A stretch of DNA of 52,682 nt, counting the filler, from Circinaria calcarea (Eukaryota): assembly GCA_051942165.1 (NCBI GenBank). It is 2 parts of 2 records of this genome, joined end to end, with 100 filler letters (N's around TTAATTAATTAA, not from the genome) between each part and the next. Parts side by side here need not be neighbours in the genome. Positions count along the whole stretch, not along the records: positions 1 to 26,319 come from JAVECS010000080.1; 1 more part is not named here. One strand, written 5' to 3'. Shown here piece after piece: positions 1-12,200 of the stretch. Position 1 is the stretch's first letter; each line of letters begins with the position of its first letter. The notes under the pieces were generated by a model. That model had not been told where the DNA came from. It was given only the letters and a program-made list of their open reading frames with translations, and did no database searches. A program made the translations under genes and the position numbers.

Positions 1-1269
1 CAAAGCCCCGCTGTACACACACTTCATCGAGTCCGTCGCCGGCGCACCTACCATTCGCGCCTTTGGTTGGCAGTCGCAATATCAGGAACGCAATTACAAG
101 TTTATCGATCAATCACAACGGCCAGCCTATCTACAGTATTGCATTCAGAGTTTGCTCGGTTTCGTGCTAGATATACTTATCACAGTCATTGCGGCTGTAT
201 TGGTAGCTATTGTGGTGACGTGGAAGGATAAGTTCAGCACCGGTAACGTTGGTGTCTCGCTAGTGATGGTCATGACATTCAGCTCTGTCCTCATGAGGAT
301 GATTAAGGCGTGGACGATGATGGAGTCCAGCATTGGCGCCGTAGCGCGCGTTAAGCGATTCGTCGCCGACACGGATTCGGAAGAGAAAAGCAGCTGCAAG
401 GTCGAGGTGGCGCAGGAATGGCCTACACAAGGCAACGTCGAGTTCAAAAACCTGGTCGCTGCTCACTCTCCCGGTGCGGAGCCGGTGATCAAGGGTATTT
501 CATTCTCCATTAGGCCATCCGAGCATGTCGCCCTGTGCGGACGCTCCGGTTGCGGTAAGACTGTGAGTATAAAACCCTTCTACTCATTCATTAAAAATTG
601 GAGAGCTAACATGATACACAGTCTACCATACTGGCACTACTTCAGATGATTGAGACGCGAGGAGGCCAGATCACCGTTGACGGTGTCGATGTTTCCACCA
701 TGCCGTGCACTGATGTTCGTTCCCACCTCAATGTGGTGCCTCAGGATCCACTCCTTATGCCCGGAACGATCCGTTTCAACATTGACCCTTTCGGAAAGGT
801 CTCGGACGAAGACATTATTCGGGCCCTAGAGCGCGTCCGGCTCTGGGCAATCATATCAGCGCAGGGCGGCTTAAGCAAAGAGATGGACACGGCTATGTGG
901 TCAGCGGGCCAGAATCAGCTGTTGTGTCTTGCACGAGCCATGGTCAGAAACAGCAAAGTACTAATACTTGACGAGGCCACTAGCAGGTAAGCTATAGAAA
1001 GCCATAGGCGTAAGTTGCAGAAACGCAGGGATTAACGTATGAATAGTGTCGATAGCGAGACAGAAGCAATCATGCAGAATATTATCGACACGACCTTTAA
1101 AAACTGCACTGTTTTTGCGGTTATGCACCGTCTCACATATATTACTCGGTATGACAAGGTTGCGTTACTCGACAACGGCCACTTAATAGAATTCGATACG
1201 CCGGAGACGTTACTGAGCCAAGAGTCAAGGTTTGCTAGATTATATCAAACAAGTGCTATGCAGCCGTAA
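1..1269 (+). CDS. ABCC/MRP-type ABC transporter, 3' portion (end of TMD2 plus NBD2); 5' end lies outside the window
   Basis: Introns 563-621 and 987-1046 (GT..AG) join Walker A GRSGCGKT|STILALL, the Q-loop VVPQDP, signature WSAGQNQLL, Walker B ILDEATS|SVD and H-loop VMHR; WPTQGNVEF linker typical of ABCC; stop at 1269. Confidence 0.93.
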
Positions 1270-1750
1270 AGACTTTATGGCTGACAATACTCCTTTCTTT
1301 GATATTCAACATATACTAAGTAGGGTTTATTTTCAGGATAAGAAACGACATTCAATTTATTTTGAAAGCGTTACAAAAAGGAGCCACCCTATTTTTTCAA
1401 CGTTCCTTTCAGGTGACGACATCCAACTTGGTTTAAAGCTTCGGGGATATCCCCTTTCAGGGTCCCACCCGCCATCAAAAGGGTATGCTGGCAACTTCTG
1501 CTCATAATCGACCATATCGTTATAAATATCATTCTTATATCCATCGCTCATAAAGAAAAATCCAGAGTCATTCTTTCTCTTTTTTCTTTTCTCCTCACCA
1601 TTGTTATTTCCTTCTGCACGTTCCCCGAGCCAGCATCTGAATCGATAATGCTTGACGTTTTGCGATTCTTTGACGGAGATTCACTTCGGGGGTCGGGCGA
1701 TGTATAATGATGACTTCCTTCGTTGTGGGGCAGTGGGGAATCGGGGTTTA

Positions 1751-1799
1751 GGCTAGCAATATCGTGTGAACGTGGCTAGCAATATCGTGTGAACGTGGC
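1751..1799. repeat. 23-bp direct tandem duplication (ggctagcaatatcgtgtgaacgt x2)
   Basis: Identical units at 1751-1773 and 1774-1796, followed by ggc. Confidence 0.9.
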
Positions 1800-2920
1800 G
1801 AATCACTTTTAGATGTGGCAGCCTGAATAGTGTCTGGGCAACTAGAATGGTAGAGATATTAATAAAGCTTCCGTGGTGAGCATCGATTTAGACTTCCTCA
1901 ACGTACCGGAACAACGGAGATGGTAGGGTGGCTGCTAATGTCGACGGCTGGGAGAAGAACTTGCCACAAGCCGAGCTGACGGGGGTCTGCTGGTCGCCGA
2001 AAATGTTAAAAGTCTGTGTCAGATCGATCTTGCTATCGGCAAAGCGTGCGAGAGAGCCAATGCGTTGATGTTTTTCTGGTATTGCCCCATGACCGTGGGA
2101 TGACGAGATGCGCCTTCACAAAGTCGTCGAGGAGATGATCATGGCATCAACAACTGTGCCGGGAGGACAGGAGCTGTTTTCAAGCAGCCTAAATAACTCC
2201 AAGGTACTATAGCAATGACCGCCATGCCACTATAACAGAGGGCATATCCTCGGGGAACTCGAGAGTCTCGGAAATGGTTGGTGCTGGGGGCGGCAAGGGG
2301 GACCAGGTATTATCGTCGGACTCAGCTTTCAGGCGGCTGTTGAGGGAACTGGTGTGTAGAGCCTGCATTAGAGCATTATTGTTAGTACTGTGGTTAGACA
2401 CGCGGTGGAGATGGATCGAGCATACCTTATAGTCAGGATCGGTGACGGAGGACGAAGATCATGATCAAAGTTGCGGATGTTGCTTCCCAGCCTCCCAGAA
2501 TTCCGAGCTGGGATACCTTGGCAGGATCTAGTGTCAATAACTTGATTAGTTTGTGTTCAACATTCAAGACGAGCTAATGCCGATTGTCAAAAGACTGTCA
2601 GTTGAAGGAGAACATAGTACATATGGAAATGTTTTTTCTGGAACTCTCGTATGGTCATGGTTATCTACCACCACAGGACTAAGTCCATCCTGGCTGGCAA
2701 GCTAAGAAATGCAAGCTTCAGCTACGGGAGCTGCCTGGAAGTCCTTGGTCGTCGCGGTGACTCCCCGGAGTGTCAGAAATTGTGGTTCAAGATGGTCGAG
2801 TCGTGGAGACGATGATCCTAGTGAAAGGCTCGACTTACTGGATGTCCGACGGCAAGAGTTCGAGATTGGTGGCGGTACAATTCTGGTTCTGGGCACTGCC
2901 CTGTCATTTTGATTTATCAT
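1760..2920 (-). pseudogene. possible decayed gene of unknown family
   Basis: Minus-strand frames give protein-like stretches (e.g. STLELFRLLENSS... and LFRYVEEV*IDAHHGSFINISTILVAQTLFRLPHLKVI) broken by isolated stops; no family recognised. Confidence 0.25.
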
Positions 2921-3032
2921 TTTGATTTACGAGGCAGTTTGAACTTTGGATTGCCATTCTACGTATGCACGTATATAACATACCACATCGCCTTCTAGTC
3001 TGAGTGTCTAAAACGACTCCTATGTCATCTAC

Positions 3033-4565
3033 CTAAGCTAATGCTGCTTGCATCGCATACACCTGAAGCGCCGCTTTCGGCAAGGCAGCGTTCGAAGAAC
3101 CGTCTTCAATTTCTAGCATCTCAGCGGCCCAACCGCAAATCGCCACAACTGCCGTGTCAACCTCCTGCTCCGTGTTATGTGCATGAAAGACCATCCGGAT
3201 GCGGCTGGAACCTTTCGGCACGACTGGGTAAGAAATGTTATATGCATTCATGCCCGCCATGGACATGTGGAAAAACAAATACTGCTCATGGCGTGGACGC
3301 GTGCGGATCGGCACGATGTGACTATAACATTGGCGTTGCTCCCAATCTTCAGCGAGAGGGCATGAAAGCAAGCCAGCATCCACGGCCTCCTCCCATACAG
3401 GATCATTGGTCAGTTTGTGGAAGAAATATTTAATAATGGTCTGAATGCGGTCTTGAGCCTGGTGACGGAGGAAGTGACTGTCAGCGTTGGAGAATAAATG
3501 TAGAGTATGATTTCAATTTACCTTCTTTGTCTCACCACTAGCTAACATAGCGTAGCCAACGCGGATCGATGCTACCATTAACGTGGACGGAGCTCCGGAA
3601 TAGGTGAGACAGCGTGATTGGTGCATAATGGCATGTCGAATCGTCTTGTTGCAGAGGATCACGCCTAGGATTCGCATCAGTAGCAATCGTTTTATAAAGA
3701 TGAGTATGGGACAACATAATGTACCTCCAGTAGATCCTAATGCCTTACTACACACGTGAACGCGAATGGCGATCTCTTTCTCCAGCCCCAACATCTGAAC
3801 TAAGCCGGCTCCGTTCGGGCCTAGAACTCCGCTACTGTGGGCCTCGTCCATGAGGAACTGGGCGTTACCGAGTGGGAAGAGTTCTTTAGTAACGTTGACG
3901 CATTCCTTGAGTGGGCATATGTCGCCGTCCATGCTATAGATGGACTCGACGCAAATTAGAATGGATTGAGTCCCAGAGCGGAATGCAGGATACCTGTCTT
4001 TCAAGGAAGTCAGAACGTCTCGCAAGGAGACAGGGTCGTTGTGGCGAAATGAGAGCTTATGTGCCGCTGTGCTAACTTTCATTCCGACATGTGTGCTCGC
4101 ATGCATATACTCATCATAGACAATGGCATCGCCTGGGAGTAACACGGCCTCAATGACGCCAGCGCAGGCGAAGAAGCCCGAGTGAGCAATCCAGGCTGTC
4201 TCAGCGTTATGGAATTTCGCTATATCCCGCTCCACCTCCAGAAGATAGTCATAATTCCCGAACTGCGCCCGTGAGCCCGAAGCGCTGAGCAAGTATTCTC
4301 CTTGACGCTCTAGTTCTTCCTTGACGCCTTCACGGATCCGGCCAGAACGGCTGAGACTGAGGAAGTCGCTAGACGTCAAGTCGATAACAGAATCATCCCA
4401 TCGAGGTTTAGCTGTCATGAGGCCAAATTCAACCCGGTATCTATCCAAGGCTTGCTCGATGTTGCGGTCGAAGGCTGGTGCATGCTTCATCGCCGAAGCT
4501 TGAAGTTTATGCTCCTCGAGCCAATTCTTGAGCATTCGCTCGGCGTACGTGTTGGAATTAGACAT
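3033..4565 (-). CDS. PLP-dependent alpha-oxoamine synthase (AONS/BioF-like, aminotransferase class I/II), ~469 aa
   Basis: Exons 4565-3725, 3664-3522, 3458-3033 (1410 nt). Motifs SSDFLSL, SGSR, DEYMHAS, FRHND, ESIYSMDGD, DEAHSSG, PLP lysine in HVCSKALG, C-terminal YPVVPKGSSRIR. Confidence 0.92.
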
Positions 4566-4981
4566 GGCTCAGAAAAAAAAAGGTCAATAAGTGGATAATT
4601 CTTCTTGAAAAAGATGGAGGAGTGCTATAAAGACGAATATACGAAATAAGAAATTAGAAAGAGCTTGTTACATTGGAATATCACTTCGTACGTTTTCCGG
4701 CTTTCCAAATACTTTAGGACTGACTCGGCCATCAACTTACAAATCGATGATGATTATCATGTGGGAGGTAAAATAACCTCCCCATATTATCCGACCTTTA
4801 GCGTAAGTTTTATGCATATAATCTTTCCTCCTCATGTCCACCGATATTATTAATAGGGATAAACTTGCCTTAGGATTCAGACGTGTTACTAGATGCATCT
4901 AACCCGTTTCAGGTTAGCTCTCAAAACTTTAGCTTATTGAACGATCTCTTGATTACACGTCTGAGGCAAGGATAAACATCC

Positions 4982-5004
4982 TCCTCGGAATCCATATCCG
5001 AGGA
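4982..5004. promoter_or_regulatory. inverted repeat TCCTCGGA-N7-TCCGAGGA (CGG-N9-CCG), candidate Zn2Cys6 factor site in the AOS/PKS divergent promoter
   Basis: Perfect 8-bp arms seen; two further CCGGATAC copies near 5030 and 5049. Function inferred only. Confidence 0.3.
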
Positions 5005-5283
5005 AGTGAGGCGATAAGCTTCGGATCGACCGGATACGCTCTTGTTAACCGGATACTACCTGCTGACTTAGTCCATTCGACCAGCTACTATGATCCTGCA
5101 CGGTACTAATTAGCGTTTTCACACCTCGGAAGATGGATGATCTAAAACTACCTCCAATGAAAAGAACGGCAGCCTACCTTGTGATAGGATTCGCCCTCCC
5201 CACCTCCACTTGAATCTCGATTATTAATTCCATCTTCTCATCACACCGCCTATCTGACACGGGCCTTACTTTTTAGGCCCCCA

Positions 5284-5328
5284 GCATTAACCACCCAACC
5301 GCATTAACCACCCAACCGCATCAACCAC
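5284..5328. repeat. 17-bp tandem repeat gcattaaccacccaacc x~2.6
   Basis: Units start at 5284, 5301 and 5318 (partial). Confidence 0.85.
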
Positions 5329-5525
5329 ATAATTAAAGGTACCACACAGAATTCTCGCCATGAGAAAGTTTCTCCGGCGGCCCACTAGTTCTTGCGCACG
5401 TACCACGATTTACAGTGGAGCCTCCAGCTCACACATACCGAACCGTGCGCGGTACAAGGGTTTCGGGCGTATCGTCGATCTGCTTAATAACTCCGCATCT
5501 TGTATCTCGTTAAGCGCCAATATGG

Positions 5526-6005
5526 AGTACAGACAGCTCGGGCTAGAATCCTTCATTGATGCACGTATAATACCTTAACAGATTGGGTCGACCCGTGGCA
5601 TGAGGTTTATAGCTTTCAATTGGCGCGGAGGTGTGATCCAGCTATTTAGAAGTTTTTCGATTAACTCTAGGGTCGACCCGATCTGTCAAGGTACTGTAAG
5701 GCCAGAGCCTACGGTTCGCGGTAATCATCTGTCCCACTTTTTTTATCACCCGCGTGTTAAGGAACTATACTAAATAAGGATAAGTATAAGGGTTTTACTT
5801 GATTTCTCAGCACCGTCTAAATACTTTCCCCGAGTCTTGCCACAACACCGCATGGAGAAAAAAATATTAATCTCGTGAAAAGAACTATCGGCTGTATTAT
5901 AAGTATATTTCTGTATTAAATATACTATTTCCTATCAAGAATAAAAGCGGCATTATATAGGGACCACAAATGCCACGAAGGATTCTAGCCCGAGCTATCT
6001 ATACT
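5526..6005 (+). mobile_element. MITE-like non-autonomous element, copy A (with ~190-bp internal insertion)
   Basis: Terminal inverted repeats 5526-5554 and 5977-6005 match at 27/29 (core ctcgggctagaatccttc); AT-rich non-coding interior homologous to the reverse complement of 15796-16104. Confidence 0.7.
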
Positions 6006-6206
6006 TTGTACATGGTGGGAATTACCGCCGGCGTCAGCACTGGATAAGCGTCAGCGTGAAATATATTTAGTATATTTAAATGCCTTCGATTTTTCGATAG
6101 ACGAACAGGAATTATTTAGCTTTAATTCCCTCCTCTATAAGCTTTTTAATAGATATATCTTCAACACTTTCTTGATCTAAACTTGAAACTATCTAAGTAT
6201 AGCAGG

Positions 6207-9200
6207 ATGAATGGTACAGATAGCATAGGTTATAGCGTGGGATGTGCTAGCAATAGACCCTCGGCAGAGGGGGTGTCTGCCAGTGCCAACTTCAATTATG
6301 GCCATACACTCAAAGCATCTACCAAGGCGACGAACGGCAAGGCCTTCACACCTATCGCTATCTGTGGGATGGCTTGTCGCCTTCCTGGGAATATCTCTTC
6401 CCCAAATGACCTGTGGAAGTTCCTTGGCGAAGGAGGAGATGCCCGCAGCGAAGTACCTCCAACCCGGTGGAGTGCTCCAGCTTACTATTCAGCCGTGAAG
6501 AAGCCGGGCACATCGAGAACAAAGCACGGCTACTTTCTTGATGAAAGCGTTGACCTGGGTGCCTTGGATACGGCGGCTTTCCCTATGCCACGCACTGAGC
6601 TTGAACGTTTGGACCCCCAGCAGCGACTATTACTCGAAGTTTCACATGAGTGTCTTGACGATTCCGGTGAGGTTGATTGGAAGGGAAGCGGTATTGGCGT
6701 TTACGTTGGGTGCTTTGGACAGGATTGGTATGATGTGCTTAATCGAGAGAATTTGAAATCCAACGCCTACCAGATTATGGGTTCGCACGATTTTATGGTC
6801 TCAGAACGCATCTCTCATGAGCTGGACTTGCGTGGTCCTTGGTACAGCTCCCTCCAATTGAACCTACGTACTACTCTCCGCTGACTCCTTGTTCACAGCT
6901 TGACCATACGCACCGCCTGCTCTTCCTCAATGATTGGTCTAAACGAGGCGTGCATGGCCATTGCAAAGGGAGATTGCAAAGCAGCAATCGTAGGCGGTAC
7001 TAGCCTTTTCTTATCGCCAAGCACTCTCATAAGTCTGTCTGACCACGGTGTTTTCAGCCCAGAGGGATCCTCCAACACATTCTCTTCCAAGGCCAATGGT
7101 TTTGCACGAGGTGAAGCCATCGTGGCTGTCTATGTTAAGAGCTTAGACGAAGCACTCCGCGACGGCAATCCAATCCGAGCTGTCATATCAGGAATAGCTA
7201 CTAACTTTGACGGCAAGACTCCAAACATGTCCATGCCGAGTGCGCCAGCCCAAGAAGCAGCGATCAGGCGGGCGTACGAGGTTGCGGGCATCAACATCTC
7301 AGAAGTCTGGAAGACCGGATTGTTTGAGTGTCACGGCACTGGTACTGCTGCCGGGGATCCAATCGAGACCCGCGCTATTGCTGCTGTTTTTGGGGACCAC
7401 GGTATACACCTCTCGTCGATTAAACCGAATATGGGCCATTCAGAAGGAGCGGCCGGGATAAGTGCTGTTTTGAAAGCAGTTCTCGCATTGGAACATCGCA
7501 CAATTCCGCCAAGCATCAAAGCGTGGCCACTCAATCCTAAGATTCCTTTCGAAGGCGCCAAACTCGCACTGGCAACGGAATGTATTCCTTGGCCAGCTGG
7601 ACGTCACGAGCGTGTTAGCGTCAATTCATTTGGAATTGGAGGTGCCAATGCCCATACCATCATAGACTCAGCTAGCAGCTACGGTATCTCTCTCACCCCG
7701 GGCCATGATGATGCACATGAAGTAGCATCAGACTTTCCGAGCTTGTTCGTATATTCTGCATACTCGAGCAAGTCTTTGGAACGCATGTCACACAACATCG
7801 AAAGATTCCTTGACGCAACCTCTGAGTCGTTTAACGACGTTGCGCATACCCTTGCCCGCCGGAGGCAGCATCTGCTACACCGATCTTTCGTTGTTTCTGC
7901 CAAAGAGAAGCCCGGGGAAGCTCCACCAGCCCTGACTCAAGAGGTCGGTCTTTCCCATACCGTGGTGATGGTTTTCACAGGCCAAGGCGCGCAATGGCCC
8001 CAGATGGGCAGGGACCTGATCCGCTCCAACCGTGTATTTTCCAAGGTCATTGAGGCCATAGATATGGAGCTCCAGCGTCTTGGAGCCAAATGGACTATCC
8101 AGGAAGAACTCCGCAAGACATCCAGATCAACCAGAGTAAATGAGGCCGAGTTCTCTCAGCCCTTGTGCACAGCGATCCAGATCGGGCTCGTTGAGGCGTT
8201 CGCTTCCGTTGGTATCAAGCCAGCTGCTGTCGTGGGTCACTCCAGTGGTGAGTTTGCGGCTGCCTATGCTGCCGGTGCTCTCACATTGAGCGAAGCTATC
8301 GCTGTTGCATACCATAGAGGGGTTATCTCCAAGACACAGACGAGGCGCGGAGCAATGGCTGCTGTGGGTTTAAGCTGGGCCGAAGCAGATAATTATCTGC
8401 TTCCTGGTGTTGTGGTCGCGTGTGACAACTCTCACAACAGCATAACTTTGTCTGGTGACGCGGATCAGCTCGAGTGTGTCGTGGCTAACATCAAAAAGGC
8501 GCGCCCGGAGATTCCCACAACTACTTTGAAAGTGGAGCGAGCTTATCATTCGCATCATATGGTGGAACTTGGTGAGGCATATCGCCGGGCCATGATTGCC
8601 TCAGGCGTCGTGGGCGCCCGGCATTCCATCCCGTTCTTTTCCAGCGTGACCGGAAAACATCTGTTAAATAAGACTAAGCAAGCACAGCTTGGTCCGAAAT
8701 ACTGGCAGGAGAATTTAGAATCCCCGGTACGCTTTAAGTCAGCCGTTGTCGAAATCCTGAAACAAAGCGACATTCCAAGCCCGGTCTTTCTGGAAGTCGG
8801 ACCCCATGCAGCTCTCGCGGATCCTATCAGACAGATCCTGATCAATGAGTTGCGCAAGGCGCCTCATGTACCGACTCTCACAAGGCGGAAGAATGGTACC
8901 GAGAGTCTTCTAACGGCGATTGGGAAGCTTTGGACTCTTCATATTGATGTGGACTTCGCAGCTCTTATGCCGGAAGGACGGACATTATCTGGTCTTCCTT
9001 GCTATCCTTGGGATCATCAGAAAAGTCACTGGTATGAGCCAAGAGTGTCTCGAGAATGGAGACTAGGTGGACATCCTTACCACGATCTGCTGGGGAGAAA
9101 GCTGCCTGAAAGCACAGATTTGGAACCCATCTGGAGAAATCTTATCCACCTCCAAAATGTGCCCTGGATTTTGGACCACTGTATCGATGGCGATATTGTC

Positions 9201-12200
9201 TTCCCGTTTGCAGCATATGTGGCCATAGCTGCTGAGGCAGTTCGGCAGGTCAGTGAGGCTCAGGAGACTGTCGATATGCGGAATGTGGTCGTCAGCAATG
9301 CACTACCAATCAGTGAAGAGTCACCAACAGAACTCGTGACCAGCTTCCGGCGCAACCGCCTGACCGACTCTTTAGAGAGCGATTGGTGGGATTTCACCAT
9401 ATCATCCCATAATGGTCATATCTGGACAAGACATTGTACAGGTCAAGTGCGCCCGGGCTCTGATAGTTTATCGATTGGAGCTTCTTCACCTTCGGCCCCA
9501 AGTACCTCTACGCTCCCGAGGAAGGTGGATAGCCGGAGTTGGTACGAGGCAGTCCACCGAAAGCGGCTCAGCTACGGTCCTCATTTCACGTGTTTGGAAG
9601 ACATAACCTCATCGGCAGTCACACCGAGTAAGGCTTCGGCTAAGTTGCGCAACAATTGGCATGGCGATGAGGCCAACTATTATCTACACCCTGTTGTTGT
9701 CGATGCCTTCTTCCAGCTCCTGAGTCTTGCAGCGCATAATGGTCTTGGCCATGCATATCGTCGGCAAGTTCCGACTAGTATTGATCACCTGACCATTTCC
9801 CGGTGCCAGTCAGAAGAACTCCAGCTATACTTGGAAGGTGGGGTAAATCATGACGGCGGAGCTTCTGGACAGGGACAATGTACAGCTGGCTCAAGGATCG
9901 TCTCGCAATTCTCGGGGGTTCGAATGGCTCTTTTTGAGGGTGCCGAATCTACAGCGAAGAATGATTTCCCACTGACAGCTCGAGCTGAATGGGTGTCACA
10001 CGTCGGTTTCAGGGATATCAGCACACTCTTCCAGCCTGTTGATGCCAACGTTAGTGGCATCAAGATCTTGGAAGATCTCACTCATTCGGCCATCCGGTTC
10101 TCGCAGCAAGTGTTATTCCTCAGTGCTAAACCAGAATCTCCTCATCTGCAGAAATATGGAGCTTGGTTAAAGGAGCAACGGGTTACTTCTTCCGAACGCA
10201 TGCATCATGACAGTACCGAGCTGGCCGAGTCGATTCAATCAATCACCCAAAGCCTCGAATCCACTCCTCTCTCATATGCAGCCAAAGCCATTGCGGGCGT
10301 CTGTTCCAATGTCGACTCGATCCTATCTGGTAAGCGAGACGCTTACGACGTCTTAGCCACCGACGGCGTTCTTGAGAAGCTCCTCGAATTCATGTCCGAG
10401 TATGACGGGTCCAAGTTCTTCCGCGACCTTGGGCATTTCAAGCCCAACCTACGTGTTCTTGAGCTCGGTGCTGGCTCTGGTGCGGCGACGACCAAGATTT
10501 TACAATGCCTGCGACATGACAAGGGCCAGAACCTCTTTTCGAGGTACGTGCTCGCCGATGCGTCGACAGGTCTTATTAATGTAGCAAAAGATCGGTTCAA
10601 GGGTTTCACGAATCTGGAGTTTACTTGCCTCAACATTGAAAGAGACCTGGTCGACCAAGATTTTGGCGACGAGGAATTCGATCTCGTCATTTCAGCTGGA
10701 TTCTTGCACACGACGATCAACGTGGCGAGGAGTCTGTCCAATATTAGGAAACTCTTAAGCCCGAACGGAAGATTGCTCGTACAGGAGCCAGCACCAGGAC
10801 AAATCTGGACCAAATTTATTCTCGGCACATTGCCTTCTTGGTGGTCTGGTCATGATGACAGTCGTCCAGATGAACCGTTTATGAGTCGAGAAAGGTGGAC
10901 AGAAAAGCTCGACTCAGCTGGGTTCAGCCGACCTAATTTCGTTGAAAACCTCGGTCAAAATACAGTTATCGTTGCACAACCAGAGTATCAACAATTCCTA
11001 TCCAGAAAAGTAACCTTACTATGCGAACAAAAATCTACCGAGACAGAGAACGTCTGTCATGAGCTCCAAGCGCGAGGATATGACATTAACCGTTGTACAC
11101 TAAACGAAAGCCCCATCATCGGACAGGATATCATCGCACTCATCGACCTAGATAAGCCATTTCTATGGGATGTCACAGCAGCGCGCCTCAAATCCTTCCA
11201 AAACTTCGTCAAAAACCTACAGGGGTCTGGCGTTCTATGGGTCACGCGGCTATGTCAGGCTGGTGTCAAAGACCCCAGGTACGCGCCCATTATTGGGCTT
11301 TCTCGCACAATGAGGTCGGAGCTCGCAGCCAGCTTCGCCACATGCGAGACAGACGAGCTGACCTCGACGGCAAGCGTCAATGCTCTGGCCAAGGTATTTT
11401 GTAATTTTCAGGATCGGAGACACGATGGAGTTCTCGGCCCGGAATTTGAGTACTCAATTTCGAACGGGGCCGTTTTAGTTAATCGATTCTTCCCCTTCGA
11501 GTTGGCAACTGAGATACAAGATATGGAGTCAACCCAACTTCCAGAAGCATCACTGGCAATTGGCAAGAAGGGTCAACTGGGCACCCTGCAATGGTCTGCT
11601 CGAAAACCTACAATCCCGCAAGGAGACGAGATCGAAGTCGAAGTGCATGTGATAGGTCTCAACTTTAGGGTCAGTACTCCGAATATTACCATAGGTGTAA
11701 TACTAACTAACCTCACTTCAGGATATCTTGGTCGCCATGGGGATTCTAACGCTCCCCGAAACACATTTCGGCTACGAAGCAGCGGGCGTTGTCCGAAAAA
11801 TTGGACCGAAAGCGACCAAGTTCTGCGTGGGTGACCGGGTTGTGATCATGGGGCACAACACCTTCGCGACCACTGTGACGCAATCGGAATTGCTTTGCGA
11901 AAGACTTCCATACTCTATTGATCTTCTTGACGGCGCCGGCTCTCCTCTTTGCTTCACAACGGCGATTTATGGACTTGCGGACATCGGGCGGCTTGAAGAG
12001 GGACAGGTGAGTGACTACCTCTTATGCAACATCCATCAGTATAGACGAAAAGAAATATTCTAACCATCAAACGTCTGGCAGTCCGTGCTCATCCATAGCG
12101 CCGCTGGTGGTGTCGGCATAGCTGCCATTCAGGTTGCCAAGATGCTCAAGGCGAACATCTATGTGACTGTAGGTAGTCCCGAGAAAAAAAAGTACTTGAT

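Noticed and set aside
3033..4565. Housekeeping biotin gene bioF
   Set aside because: Same family, but no bioDA/bioB neighbours in the window and it is divergently paired with a release-less HR-PKS; no symbol assigned.
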